DNA of 63,680 nt, counting the filler, from Reticulomyxa filosa (Eukaryota > Protista > Foraminifera): NCBI GenBank assembly GCA_000512085.1. It is 19 parts of 19 records of this genome, joined end to end, with 100 filler letters (N's around TTAATTAATTAA, not from the genome) between each part and the next. Parts side by side here need not be neighbours in the genome. Positions count along the whole stretch, not along the records: positions 50,866 to 55,361 come from ASPP01001808.1; positions 55,462 to 57,775 come from ASPP01026245.1; positions 57,876 to 61,970 come from ASPP01020837.1; positions 62,071 to 63,680 come from ASPP01011047.1; 15 more parts are not named here. One strand, written 5' to 3'. Shown here in pieces: positions 50,766-63,680 of the stretch. The translations under genes were made by a program, and so were the position numbers. Each line of letters starts with the position of its first letter. Position 1 is the stretch's first letter. The notes under the pieces were generated by a model. That model ran no database searches and was not told the origin of the DNA. It worked only from the letters and a program-made list of their open reading frames with translations.

Positions 50766-51011
50766 NNNNNNNNNNNNNNNNNNNNNNNNNNNNNNNNNNN
50801 NNNNNNNNNTTAATTAATTAANNNNNNNNNNNNNNNNNNNNNNNNNNNNNNNNNNNNNNNNNNNNATTGATATTTTTTTTCAATCAATGGTGATGCGTTT
50901 CAATATTAGTTGTCTTTGAAGGCCCTTTCTCTTTAAAAAAATTCGGCATTGGCTGTCTGCTTCTTTGAAGATCATCATAGTAAAAGAAAATCAAAATTTT
51001 ATTGGTGAACA

Positions 51012-51377
51012 ATGGTGACCTTTACAAATGTGAAAGCTGAAGCCGTGAAGCGCATACCCACGCAGTACAACCACCCTTGGGTATTTGACCGCAACGGCAT
51101 GTCAAATCCTTATTTGCGACCAGACCGACGTGTGCGTCCATTCCATGTAAAATGGTGGTATCATGGTTATTATCCAGTTTATGGACGTGTCATTCAAAGG
51201 CTAGCTGCCAATGAGCTATACGTTGCGCGACCTTTCTTTTATGATTTCCATCATAAGGCTCTTCATAACCTCGGAAAATATGGACCAGTTGTAATAGCCT
51301 TGCCGACATTTTATTATTTCTGGACCGGTTTGGCTCACAAGATGACAATTGATGCGCAGAGATCGTTGAGATTTTGA
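51012..51377 (+). CDS. Probable cytochrome bc1 complex subunit 8 (QCR8/UQCRQ-like), intronless, 121 aa
   Basis: Clean ORF. G.V.QRLAANEL.V..PFF..F.HK....L..Y..VVIALP.FYYF single-TM layout with basic/aromatic C-terminus fits QCR8. Assignment by pattern recognition. Confidence 0.6.
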   Translation: MVTFTNVKAEAVKRIPTQYNHPWVFDRNGMSNPYLRPDRRVRPFHVKWWYHGYYPVYGRVIQRLAANELYVARPFFYDFHHKALHNLGKYGPVVIALPTFYYFWTGLAHKMTIDAQRSLRF

Positions 51378-51983
51378 ATTCATAACCATGTGAATTTTTT
51401 GTTTGGTTTTACTTTTTTTTTTGGCTTCCTTCAACGTTCACAACGCAGTTTCTAATAACTTTTTCTGTTCAAACCTTGCTTTTATTCTGTTCGATACTGA
51501 TTTGTTTTAAAAACCAAGTTCAACTTTTATATTTCTTCTGTTGTTCAAATCCACTAGGATAGGAAAACAATTTGAGAGATGGTTTGGTTTGACACTTCAA
51601 CATGTACCTTTCAAAAAAAACGAGAAAATTCTCGAGCAATGTTTACAATTATATATTCCTTTTTTTTCCCTTCCTCAAAATACTTTATAAAATATCAATC
51701 CATGGAATGGACACGTTAAGTTAACCAGTTTTGTATTGAAAAATCAACGACAAATTTGGCGAGACTTTCCAACAAGTCACGAAAGTCAGTAGGTTTTTGT
51801 TTATAAACAAAATGATAGCAATCTGCCAGTGCGTCACTTGAGATTTTGTCTTCATGTTGGACAAACGCTCTCCTGCAAATTTTGAAACACAGTTTCTAAA
51901 AATTCACACCAAGAGCCAAACGAATTTTTAACCACTTCTTAGATCTCAACAGAAAAAAATCTTTAAAAAAACAAATTGATATT

Positions 51984-52897
51984 ATGAATAATATAAATTT
52001 TTCGCAAATAAAGAGACTCTCCGGTCTTTTGAAAGGGGTAGTTGGATTGGGAGCAGTTTCTTGGTTGGGATATAACAGTCTATTCACAGGTGTGCGGCTG
52101 GGTTTCCAATTTGAGAAACAGCAAAAACTTATCAAATTTAAAAAAAAAAGGACAAAGAAATAAGAGGTTTACAATTTGTAAGGGGTTCGAAAGTGTGAAT
52201 TGTGTGCACTCATGAAAAAAAAATGACACAAATGAATAGTCGACGGAGGTCACCGTGGTGTTGTGTTCAATCGATTGCGTGGTGTAAGAGACGATGTGTA
52301 TACAGAAGGAACCCACTTTTTAATACCATGGTTTGAATATCCTATCATATTCAATGTGCGAACGCGTCCAACAGAATTATCGTCATTCAGTGGCACTAAA
52401 GGTAATGAAAGCAAGAATTTGATTGAATTTTCTGACCAAATTTTTTTCCTCTTCTTTTTGCCCCCTTTTTTTTTATTTTTTTTTTTGTCACTCCCCCCCT
52501 CCTCACCCTTTTTATTTACAATCCCCTTTAAAACCATGTTATGATTTTGGACTGAAATGCAAACTCTTTGTGTGCGTGTGCTTATTCAGATTTGCAATAT
52601 GTGAATATGTCCCTCCGAGTTTTGTATCGTCCTACCCTAAACAAATTGCCAGACATGTTGCGAAAAGTTGCGTCTTTTTTTTTTCTTTTTATATGTGTCA
52701 TCAAAGCGATTTAAATATTGAACACACTTTTGCTTATGTTTTTTTTTTTTACAGTTTGGGACGGACTACGACAAACGAGTCCTTCCTTCAATCATCCATG
52801 AAACATTAAAAGCAGTCGTCGCATTGTATAATGCAGAGCAATTAACAACACAGCGAGAAGAGGTTAACTCTTAGCGTATGTATATATGTGAGGAAAG

Positions 52898-52928
<31 letters not shown>

Positions 52929-53363
52929 GACTTTGAAAATTGTAAACAGGTTTCGAACCGCATTAAACGCGATCTTCAAGAACGCGCTGAAGGATTTAAC
53001 ATATTGATCCAAGATTGCGCCATTACGCACTTGGAATTCAGTCAAGAGTTTGCCAAAGCAGTCGAAGACAAACAAATTGCTCAACAAGAAGCAGAGCAAG
53101 CAAAATATTTGGTTTCCATGGCAGAGCAAGATAAAAAATCCAAAATCATTGCCGCAGAGGGAGAGGCCAAAGCCGCACAATTGATCGGTGAGGCAATGCG
53201 AAGAAACCCTGTGTTCGCTGAATTGCGAAGAATTGACGCTGCTCGACAGGTTGCACATGTATTGTCCAATTCCCATAATCGCATTTTCTTAAACTCAGAC
53301 GCGTTGTTGATTAATATGATGAGTGACTTCGTCAAAACTCCTCAACAAAAACAGGCACAATAA
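51984..53363 (+). CDS. PHB: Prohibitin (PHB1-type SPFH protein), 5 exons
   Basis: SLFT|VDGGHRGVVFNRLRGVRDDVYTEGTHFLIPWFEYPIIFNVRTRP, GTK|DLQYVNMSLRVLYRP, DYDKRVLPSIIHETLKAVVA.YNAEQLTTQRE, AITHLEFSQEFAKAVEDKQIAQQEAE, AEGEAKAA, ELRRIDAA. Confidence 0.96.
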
Positions 53364-54218
53364 GAAAGTTGCTTTTTTTTTTTTTTTTTTTTGGAGATTA
53401 GAATTGATGTTGTATTTTTGATTGTGCTTCTTCTATTCAACGTTGTCTACCTTTGCATTCAACATCAGTTTAAAAGCTTATGCGATGGAAACAAAGGACT
53501 TTTAATCCCTTTTCCATGTTTTCTTTGTTAAATCCAATCACAATCTGTGTGCCTTTAATTTGGTTTTATTGTCAAACAGTTTTGCTGTTTTTTCTAATAC
53601 CCTTTAACAACAGCCAATAAAAACTCCAAATAAGTATAAACCTTTTTTTATTTGTTTCACATTTGGTATTCACATAACACTCATGGATGCTGTCGTATTT
53701 TCCTTACCTCTTCGTCTTTGTTGATACCAAATTATTCATCTGATCATTTGTTGATTTGGTATTCGAAAAAATATACATTGTATGCATCCTCAACTGATAC
53801 CAAACGCTCGCACAGGAACTATTTTATTAAAATCATGTAGTGTAATTGCTTATTTTGGATTTCCCTCTTGTGAAAAATCGTTTTGTTAAAAAACTTGTTG
53901 TGTGTATAATTATTCCTGAAAAAGACGATTGTAGAATTTTATGCGTATTTTTTGTAAAAGTGCTATATACCTCCAAATATGAAGCGAAAATAAGGTAATC
54001 TTCAATTTTTAAAAACAAAATTAGAAATGATTGTCGAACAAAGAAAAACGAATTAAATTAGGACAGACAGATTAAAGGGATATTTGGAGACGTTAAAAAA
54101 AAAAATTAGTAAAGTACTGAAAAGTTTTTAAAAAGTCGCGTGGTGCGTTAGTGTTTGAAAGGATTTGCAATCACCAAAAAAAAAATTTTGGTAATTGCAA
54201 ATAAAAGAGAACTAAGCA

Positions 54219-55063
54219 ATGTCATCAGGCAATGTGACAGGAAGTTTTTGGACAACGACCGACTACGGTTTAAATCTGTTGACGATGCAACAGACGGAGT
54301 TGGATACCTTGTTGAAGAACGACAGCACAACGTTGGAGGACATATTGGACTGCGAGGAATTGCTGCAGCAGTGTTCGAATAAGAATGAGACATTGATCGA
54401 CTTCCTATGTGGCGAAAAGAATTTGAAGAAGCTATTGGGTTATATAACGCGTAAGCCAGAAGAGAACATATCAAAAATAAGTGAGGAAAGACGGCATCGT
54501 AAGAATGGAGATAATGAAAGCAAAGAGACAGAGACGATGGGGTCAGTGGGTCACCCCCATAAGAAGTCATCATTGTCATCGATTCCAGAAAACAACGATT
54601 CAACAGCAACACAATCACAAGCACAAGAGCAGAAGAAAAGAGATGATAAAAGCAAAGAAAAAAAAAAAAAAAAGAAACCCAATGGCAATGCGGATCCCAA
54701 ATTCAATGCGTTAATGTGGGGTTTATTTCAGGATCATATACCTCCTCCTCCGCCATTGCCCCCTTCGTCAACAACTACAACTACAACCACAACATCAACA
54801 TCAACATCAACATCAACATCAACTCAAACAACCACCTCGACTGATCACAAGTCATCTGCACAGGTGGTTTGTATTTTGATGGAGCAATTATCAGCACATA
54901 CATACATACAAAGAAAGATAGGAGAATTTTTTTTTCTTTTGTGTTGATTGGTACAAATATATATACATATATAAAATAATCTGTGAAGCAACAAAAACGT
55001 GACCATGTGGGAAATGACTCTGACGACAATGATCCTGAACTACCTGACTTGAACGTTTTAAAA
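54219..55063 (+). CDS. SAPS-domain protein (PP6/Sit4 regulatory subunit), N-terminal part
   Basis: FW..LDTLLKNDSTTLEDILDCEELLQQCSNKNETLIDFLC..NLKKLLGYIT is the conserved SAPS N-terminus; low-complexity insert follows; truncated by gap. Confidence 0.88.
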
Positions 55064-55322
55064 GGTTTGTGTATGTGCATGTGCTTTTTTTTTTTCCCCC
55101 CCTTCCCCTTTTATTGGAAACGAGTTTGCACAAAAGGGGGCTCGCTTTTGAAAACTTTTTATTTATTTTGAAGTTCTTCTTCATTGGTTCGACTTTTTAC
55201 TTCCACAACCGAACCCCGTTGCTGTCCTCTTTTCTTTTTTTGTATTTTCATCTTTGTCACAACATATCCAATTTTTTGTTTTGGGTTGAAGTGTACAGCG
55301 CATGTAGCGCATGTGCGTATGT

Positions 55323-55361
<39 letters not shown>

Positions 55362-58300
55362 NNNNNNNNNNNNNNNNNNNNNNNNNNNNNNNNNNNNNNN
55401 NNNNNTTAATTAATTAANNNNNNNNNNNNNNNNNNNNNNNNNNNNNNNNNNNNNNNNNNNNACTATTAGAATCAATTGAGAACGTAATTTTTTTTTTTGT
55501 AATAATGACATAATTATTATGGACTTATATCCGTTATCCTAACTAAAATATCTTAAAACTCCTCTTTGTAGTTTTTTTTTGTTATCAATTTTGTTATAAA
55601 GGATAAAATCTGATATTTTTGCGTCTCACTCGAAGAAATATTTTTTGGAGAAAACACAGTGCAAATGTTATGCACTTGTCATAAATGAAAAAATTGGTTG
55701 CACAAAGCGTCTTGCATTGAGAGGTACGTAACACGAACAATTGTTTTTTTTTGACGAAAAAAGTTGCACTAGACTGAGATTGGTGATTGCGTGTTTATTA
55801 AACTGACATTTTTTGTTGTAATTTTTTTTTAGTATTATTTTTGTGGATTTTTGTTTGATAGGCTGCCAATTTGAGAAGGCTTTTGCGAAAATGCGTTAGC
55901 TAATTTTTGATGAAACATATTATCTTGGCAATACATTTAATTTTCTAATTGATAATGTTGTTGACAATTGTCATATCTTTTTTGTACAAGGTTGTAATGA
56001 TTTGGGAGTTTAAAATAATTTGCGTTGACAAAAATAATCTGACATTGACAGATGCCAGTTTGTTTTTACTGCGTAAACCAACTTTCTTTTCTCAAAGAGA
56101 AATAAAACGAAAATGCAATCATATCAATACATAATGCGAGAACTCTTTTTGTCATTTAAAAAATTACAATGAAAACTACATAAAACAATGATTAAATTAT
56201 CTCCAAATTTAAACAGTACAATCAGAATTTCATGTGCTAACTTTTGAAACATTGTTATCATTCCAAACTTTTTTTTTGGAGACTTGTTACATTCTAGAGA
56301 AATATATGCCATCTTTTGATTTTCTTTTCTCAGCATATAAAAAATCTATCGAATTCATTAAAAAAAATATCAACACAAACAATTTAAAAACAAAATTTCT
56401 CTTCTTTTGTACACAATTGACGTTTATAAATTGCTTTAAAGTATTTATAACAGACGTCGAATATGTTTGTTTGTTGTTAAAAAAAATGATGTTTTTTTAA
56501 CCTCTTCGCGAATGCGCAATTCAAAAAAAAACAATTAAAATTTATGTCCTTGAGATGAACTGAAAACAACTGATCACAAATCAATATTTCCTTATTGAAT
56601 AAGATTCATTTTGCACCACTTAATAAAATTTGCAAATTTGATAATTTTTCATAAGTCATCTTCTATTTATGATGTGTGGTTCAACGCATGTTTGGTCTGC
56701 TTAAAAACACAAGTCGTTCCATTTTTCATTTTTATTATTGCTAATTTAATGAAGAAACTACAAAAATTTCGTTTTTTTTCTTTAATGACATTAAGTTATT
56801 CAGTTTTTTTTAATCCCTTGGAAAATACTGTCAAAAAAAATAACAAAAAACAATCAAAAACAGTGAATAAATACAAACCAAAGTATAGTAAATCAATTTT
56901 ACAATTTTTTTTTATTGAAAAACATAAAATTTTTTGAACTTATTATAGAAAAATCGAAGTTTTCGTTCACTTGTTTTGTTTGATATAGGGGTAGCCCCCT
57001 TTGAGTAATGCCAGATATGACGTGTTGCAGAAATTTTGAGAATTTCTCACTTACAACAAAGGATATCAATGTGTTGGAACTTCAGGAGTTCGAATATGAA
57101 GAAATTTTTGAAAGTTAGTTCTTTGGCAGGCTATGTCGAATGTGGACATGAACAATTAAAAAAAGGAATTGCATGATAGTTTTTGTAACGCGTATAACTG
57201 CGCGCGAGCATAGTCGTGATTTGGTATTGATGAAACTCAATAATTGTTGAGAAAAATACGAAACATTGCTTCCCAAGTGTGTCCCTCGCGGTGACATTGT
57301 TATCCGATTCAACGAACAGCGAGATTACGTCTTCTAGTGACACGCAAGCTGGACGCTGCGAAACAAATATTGGTATTAACAAAGATCCAGTCGTAACGAT
57401 TTGCCTGTTGATACCATGGAATGCATGCCATACAGGAGAGCTGGAGAATAAGACTGTCCCTTGCAAATAAGTGATTGCATGAACATGTTGGTTGTATTTC
57501 AATGAGCTGGTCATTTGTTCGAGCAACAGTCACAAGGCGATAAAAAAAGCTACTAAAAAATAATTACGTATATCTCATCTTATTTGTGGTGATATACGGT
57601 TCAACAATCAGATCATTACTATTAACAGCTCATTCGTGCAGCATTTGCGAAGATTTTCAATACATTTTCATCAATTTGAATATTGACAATCATAGTTGTT
57701 CGTACTGCCAAGGGTTCAAAGATTTAGTTACCAAGAAGTTTGATTTCAAGTTTTTTTTTTTGTTTTTTTATTGTGNNNNNNNNNNNNNNNNNNNNNNNNN
57801 NNNNNNNNNNNNNNNNNNNTTAATTAATTAANNNNNNNNNNNNNNNNNNNNNNNNNNNNNNNNNNNNNNNNNNNNTTATTTTACTAGAAACTAAATTTAC
57901 TAGAGGACAGCTTTTTTTATCCTCAAGTTTTTTTGAATAATATAACAGTGTAGTTCAAGTCCTACTACAGACAAAAAACTCTAAATGAACGGGGTTGCCC
58001 AGTATGCTAAATTATCTCAACGAAAAGAGTTCTTATTTTCTTAATTTCGTTGTTTTTTTGTCTTTTGGATTATCTTTATTATTTGTTTCGTTTTACTGAA
58101 ATTTCGTTTTCGTAAAAGTTGCTTTCATACAACGTTTAGTCACAGTAACGTCACTGCAGTACAACTAGTATTTGCATTGTATATTAGTTATATAATTCCA
58201 CAATATAACGTATTGCAATTGCAAGCTTATGATAGAGCCAATTATTGCTTATTTATATTTGTGTTACCATTCACACTAGCAACGGATAATTGAACGACAT

Positions 58301-61300
58301 ATATGTATATGAGTTTTTTAAAATAAAATTATTTTTAAAAAATGATGTTGACATATATAATATGTGTGATGATATTATTTAAAAAAACAGATACAAAGTG
58401 TATTCAGAATTTAAAGCATCAAATACAACTACTTGACATGAGACAGCGATGGAGTCAATAGGACAGAGATGTTTGTTAATAAAATCGCAAACACTTTCAT
58501 TACATAGCTACAACCCAAAGAGAAGTTAAAACTTTTTTTGAATTAAAGTATTTGAAAAAAAAAACAAGATATATTGCTACTTTATTAAGATTTTTTTTTT
58601 AAGTTAAAAATTTTTTTTCCTTTTTCGTTTTTAAATTTTGTGAATATTTTATTTATTTTTTGAGTATTATTGCTTGTTTTAACAAGGGCATATGGATTGT
58701 CAACTAAATTCTTTTAATATATCAAATTCTAAAAAATAAGTATATATATTTTTATTGTTCTTAATGTTCAGTAGAATCATTTTCTTAAGGATCTTGTTTT
58801 AACACTTTTATTTTTTAATGAAAAAAAATTTCAACAATCTTTGCAAAAAAAGACAAAAAATTATAATAAGTTAAAAATCTGTGGATGTTGATGAGATGAT
58901 GATTGGGACTTATGTTGCCTTTTTTTTTTCAAATAAGATAAGTCAAATAAAACAAAACAGTGCAAATTGCACATCAAACATTTTCATTATTCAACTACAT
59001 TAAAAAAAACAAAACCATTTGAGACAATAACAATACATTTTTGAACACGACAACAATCTTTGACCTTCAGCAATCGATACTACTACATTAACTTCAACTT
59101 TTACACTTGTTAGATGCGATTTTTTGAAGATCTATCAAACAAAAACATCAACTTGAGTTCACATTATTTTATAAAATGTCATAAAAATGAAGACAATTAT
59201 AAAAAAAATTTCCTGATTGACTTCGATTTTATTTTCAATTCATTTTGGACAATTATACTTTTTTGAAAAAGTATTCGTATCCAAAGAAAAAAACAGCAAT
59301 ACAGATTCTCCACTTGATACGTGACATTCAATAACATTGTGCTATTTGTCCAATGATGATCAAAGCATATCTTTACTGAGAAAATGATAGGCGCAGGCAC
59401 TTGTGGGTTATGGCTTCATAAAATTTAATTTTGTTGATAATTTGACTTGAGAATTGTCATATCTTACACGTTCTTGCACCATTATCACTGATATTGCTGC
59501 TACTAATGTCGCTGGGAATTCACTGCAGCATCAATAACAACAGAAACAACAATATCATGACAATCTACTTCCAAGTGCATCACAGACCAAGCAAATATCA
59601 AATTATGCAATTCAACAAAGAATCAACATTTTACACTATCGAATATCTATTCAAATATTTTAAGCAACAAATATATACACAATATACTTATAAATATATT
59701 ATGTATGTTGGATGTTAGTGTTATTTATTATATAAATAAAATCTTTCAAGCGATGAACCAAATACGATTACATAATTCTGGAGCAGGAGATTGGAGAACC
59801 AAGCTACGCCATCAAGGATTTTAGTTAATTACTTTTATACATCGACTCTGGCATCTTCTTTGTCAAGATCAGCACTTTAATTATTGTAATGACTTCGACG
59901 TTGGTTCTTTTTGTCTTGTGGTAACGAGATCATCGTTTCTATTTTCCTTTTCTTTTCATTATGCACAAATTCTTGAATGGGCCTTTTTTTACAAGCAACT
60001 AACCAATGTTCATAACATATTTTTGTGTATGTATATATAATTTTTGAAAGACGTTTTTTGTTTGTCTTTTTTTCCTTTCTATCTATATTTCCAAAAAGAC
60101 AAACTGTTTGTTGATGAAATGTTTGGACATTGATGAATTGCAAATAATATAAATACACTATAGTTAGCAATATCGTCTAATTTTGGCTGATTCGAACAAT
60201 TGTTGTATTTGCCATCATCTTTCACATTTCACTTTGTGTTGCAACGATTGCCACAATCAACAACGTGTCGATTATTACACCAAATGATTGCGTTAAAATT
60301 GTTATGCAAAGGAGAATTTACTGCCTTGATGTGAACGAATATCGAATGAAATACTTTGATCATTGAATGCACTATTGCCGGTATTAAATTACACTTTTAG
60401 TTTTTTTAGTGCCAATATATTATTATCGTTATTTCCTTCTTGGTATGATCCACAACCCCGCAGCTGCTTTGCCTATTTTGATGTGTCATTGTATCATTGT
60501 TTTATTTCACGATAAAAAAAATTTCTTGCAAGGAAAATGACCACGAAGCAAGTGTCATCAACGATCGTGAACGCTTCATCACAATGTAATGTTTCTTTCT
60601 TGCTTGCCCACACGTAGAATTAAAAAAGTATTAGATAACATATCCTTGCAATCGATATCAAAGACAGTGATAATACAATGCAACGTTTCGCGACCTAAGG
60701 CCGTTGATTCTGGAGTCGAGGCTATCACTCGCATATATCCAGTATCGCTTTCTCATCATACACAACAAAGCAAAACATTAATTAAGTTTACAGATAAGTA
60801 TATCATTTAAATAAATCCTTTATTTTATAACACATAAGCTGTGACTATAGCCAAATGAACTGCAAGCATATTGGTGAAATTCGGTGAAAAAACCTCGATA
60901 ATTGATATCTATGTCATCACTTGTGTCAAAGTCAAATACAAAGAAAGACTATTAATTGGCATAATCAATGGCTTTGTCTTCGAAATCGATTACTTGATAT
61001 CCATTTATAAAAGGGAACACATGTATCGCAGGTACAGAAATTCCGCCTTAGGCAGCGTTTGAGATATCGATTATCATCACACCAAAGAAATGTTCGCTTT
61101 TGTTGGATTGGTTAGATATTTTGACTGTAATCGATTCAATAGACTTCATTTCACTTGCTCCACTTTATTTGAAACAAAGGCTAACGTCCGTCTTGTTCTC
61201 CAAACATTTTGAAACGCATTTTGATCCTTCCATTCAAGACAAACCACATGCTGATGACAATCACAATCATGCCAATAATAATAATAACAATTATGGTAGA

Positions 61301-62070
61301 TATATAAATAATGCCAGGTTTGGAATGATATATCCACAGTTGACAACACTGCCAATATGTGAGCGCAAGTGACGCACGTGCAGATACTGTACAAAGTGAT
61401 GAGAATGTAAAACTTTTTGAGTGAATGTAGTGATAATGAAGATAAAAAGGGGGTAGTGCGCTAGAAAGTGTTTTGGGACAAAATTGGAAGGAATGCTGGA
61501 TGGATATAATTCCGATGAACTTCAAGAGCTTTTACACACTTGGGAAAAAGAAATGAAAAACTTGAGTGCTGCAGAATTTTGTTGTCCAAAATTTAAATAA
61601 ATTATTGTCATTATCATTCTAAATTTATTCATAAATGAAAAATTCGGATCAGCTTTTTTATTTAATAATTTATTACTTATTTCGATTGTTAATCTTTTTA
61701 TATATTTTGAAAATACTTAAAAAAAAAAGGCAAATTACATGACTATGAAATAAAAATCAAAATCAAATTTAAAGAGAGATTGCAAACTTATTTCATTCTA
61801 CTGCATTTCATAATAATTCCATTAAAATCGTCGATCCATCTAAATTTTATTTGCAAAATCGAATCCAAAATTCAATAATAAACTTTAATTCTTTTAAAAC
61901 AATTGTCAATTTAAAAAAAATAAAAAGTAACCCCTTCATAATGCAATGAAGAAACTTCAAAGTTTATCTTNNNNNNNNNNNNNNNNNNNNNNNNNNNNNN
62001 NNNNNNNNNNNNNNTTAATTAATTAANNNNNNNNNNNNNNNNNNNNNNNNNNNNNNNNNNNNNNNNNNNN

Positions 62071-62639
62071 CCGTCGCGCATCTCCTTCTTGAGGTCGACC
62101 GAGGTCTCGAGCGCCTGCACGGCATCGAGCATGGCTGGCGCGGGAACACCTGCGGCGACCGCCGAGGCTTCGAACGATCCCCCGGTGATCACGCCCGCGA
62201 CGCCCAGCTGGCGTGCGTATGGCAGGTACGCCTGCAGCCGGTCGTCATCCAGACCGTCGCCCAGCATCCTGTCTTCGACGGTTCGAGCATGGGCCAGCAC
62301 GGCTTCAGGGATCGGCCCGCTCGCGACCGGTGGCGGGACGTTATCGGCAATCGCGATGAGCGGCTGGGGAGGCGTGATCTCGATGGCGACGCTCCGCGCG
62401 AGAAGCCCGTCCACCGATGCCAGTTCCACGAAATGGAGATGGTCGCCAAGACCGGCAATGGCCGGGGGCTGGTCATAGAGAGGTGGCGCTTCTGCTCCCA
62501 GCACCCGAAGCGCGGCCACGCGACCGGCTTCCTCAGTATGCGCCTGTTCGACCCACGACAGATCGCGCGCGATGCCCTGGGACATCCCGCCGAAAAGCAA
62601 TGAGGCGGCAAGAGCCGCGGCGACCGAGGGTCGGTTCAT
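62071..62639 (-). CDS. Bacterial M23-family metallopeptidase (MepM-like), N-terminal part, truncated by gap
   Basis: Signal peptide; RBS AAGGA upstream of ATG; GVITGGSFEASAVAAGVP..AVQALETSVDLKKEMRDG matches the pre-M23 domain pattern. Catalytic domain not in the window. Confidence 0.65.
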
Positions 62640-62701
62640 TCAGTCCTTCTTGTAGGGCCGACGCCGGGGCATCGCTCGTGACCGCCGCGTGGTCGCGGAC
62701 C

Positions 62702-63219
62702 TTACCGCACCTTCGGCACGGGTTTCCATGCCCGAACGCGTCGTTCCGCCTCGGCGATTTGCGCAGGGTTCATGCGGGCGGACAGGGTCGCCAGGTCCTT
62801 TCGGGCCTGGTCGAGCCGGTCCTGGTTCTTCGCCGTGTACCGGTCGATGGAGAGCTTGATCCATTTATAGGCCTCGACATCGTCGCGCGGCGGGACGCCC
62901 TCGCCGAAGCCCAGCATGAAGCCGATATTGTTCTGCGCCCGCGCATAGCCCTGCTTGGCGGCGGCGAGATACAGGCGCGCGGCCTCGTTCAGGTTGCGCT
63001 GCACGCCTTCGCCGCTCCAGTACATGGCGCCGAGCAAGGCTGCGCCTCCGCCTCGCCCTTGCCGGCCCACACCTTCCAGATGCGTACGGCGGTCGCCATG
63101 TCCTTGCGCTCGTAGGCACCTGCCGCCTGGCGCATCTGTTCTTCGTAGGATTGGGCCGACGCGGGCGTCGCCAGGGCCGAGAAGAAAAGCACAAGGAGTG
63201 CTGACAAGAGCGATTTCAT
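62702..63219 (-). CDS. Bacterial secreted Sel1-repeat protein (1-nt frameshift at about 63040)
   Basis: Signal peptide MKSLLSALLVLFFSALATPASA; A..AYERKD..TA.RIW..WA.KGEAEAQ|ALLGAMYWSGEGVQRNLNEAARLY..AAKQGYARAQNNIGFM..GEGV..DDVEAYKW..MNPAQIAEAERRVRAWKP. Confidence 0.9.
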
Positions 63220-63264
63220 GGCCCGAAGATATGGCTTCAAGTTCGCCTCGCTGCAAGCAACGGT

Positions 63265-63680
63265 CTAGTCAGCCTGCAACGCCTGCCGGGGTGGGACGAG
63301 GTTGGGTTCCTCACGACGCGCCCCGTACACCTGGGTCCAGGCGCGCGTGAACTCTGCGCCCAGCAGGAAAATCTGCGCCGAATAGAAAATCCAGAGCAGC
63401 AGCACGATCAGCGCGCCGGCCGCTCCGAAGCTCGAGGCCACATTGGTCTGCCCGATATAGAGGGCGATCAGGTATTTGCCGCCCTCGAACAGGCCGGTCG
63501 CCATGAGCGCGCCGACGGCGACGTCGCGCCACCGGATCGGCGTGTCGGGCAACACCTTGTACATGATGGCGAACAGGCCGGAGAGCAGGACAACCGAGAA
63601 CACGAGATCGACGGCCCGCACCGCGAGTTCGGCTGCAGGAAACCTATACTGGAGAAACGTCGCGAGGGCCGTCAGCGCCG
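63265..63680 (-). CDS. Bacterial YihY/virulence factor BrkB family membrane protein, C-terminal part
   Basis: LFAIMYKVLPD..IRWRDVAVGA..LFEGGKYLIALYI..SSFGAAGALIVLLLWIFYSAQIFLLGAEFT; runs off the window end. Confidence 0.92.
   Translation of the reverse strand, partial: ALTALATFLQYRFPAAELAVRAVDLVFSVVLLSGLFAIMYKVLPDTPIRWRDVAVGALMATGLFEGGKYLIALYIGQTNVASSFGAAGALIVLLLWIFYSAQIFLLGAEFTRAWTQVYGARREEPNLVPPRQALQAD

Noticed and set aside
57115-61600. Short ORFs and coding-like patches at 57115-57700 and 59300-61600 (also 8500-9060, 10690-12700)
   Set aside because: Riddled with stops in all frames and no family recognisable; possibly old pseudogene debris, but not supportable as features.
1-61970. Non-standard genetic code or non-canonical introns
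   Set aside because: The conserved genes I reconstructed (RPS30, PDI, PHB, DUF455, RagC) translate with the standard code and use GT-AG junctions.
5380-62070. Regularly recurring TTAATTAATTAA motif as a biological repeat or CRISPR-like array
   Set aside because: Always centred in exactly 44+44 N; it is an artificial six-frame-stop linker.
61900-62200. Bacterial-to-eukaryote horizontal transfer junction
   Set aside because: The two sequences are joined only by the artificial spacer.
1-63680. rRNA, tRNA or CRISPR features
   Set aside because: No cloverleaf, rRNA-like or repeat-spacer sequence recognised by eye; tRNAscan-SE or Infernal would be needed to exclude them formally.

Overview
This window is not one locus. 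It consists of 19 short contigs joined by 18 identical artificial 100-bp spacers (44 N + TTAATTAATTAA + 44 N), so adjacency across spacers means nothing. Contigs 1-18 (1-61970) are AT-rich eukaryotic nuclear DNA with short GT-AG introns full of (TA)n and poly-A/T, many low-complexity tracts and many decayed genes. The gene families (Kelch-like/SAM/U-box, 'IRLWD' WD40 paralogs) and composition resemble the foraminiferan Reticulomyxa filosa or a relative; this is recognition, not a database result. Recognisable genes are RPS30, CK2-alpha, PABP, importin-alpha, PDI, a DUF455 ferritin-like protein, an HMG-box protein, an MPPED-like metallophosphoesterase, a polycystin-2-like channel, RagC/D, PKG, a probable QCR8, prohibitin and a SAPS/PP6R protein. 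Other features are a degenerate Tc1/mariner element with long TIRs and TA target-site duplications, a three-copy dispersed repeat, a diverged ~550-bp tandem duplication and a 454 paired-end adaptor. The last contig (62071-63680) is high-GC bacterial DNA (YihY, Sel1-repeat, M23-like peptidase) from a co-sequenced alphaproteobacterium. I found no convincing new multi-gene system. The best candidates for undescribed biology are the Kelch-like/coiled-coil/SAM/U-box architecture, a possible TFAM-like two-HMG protein, a divergent QCR8 and a GNH->GNM phosphoesterase.
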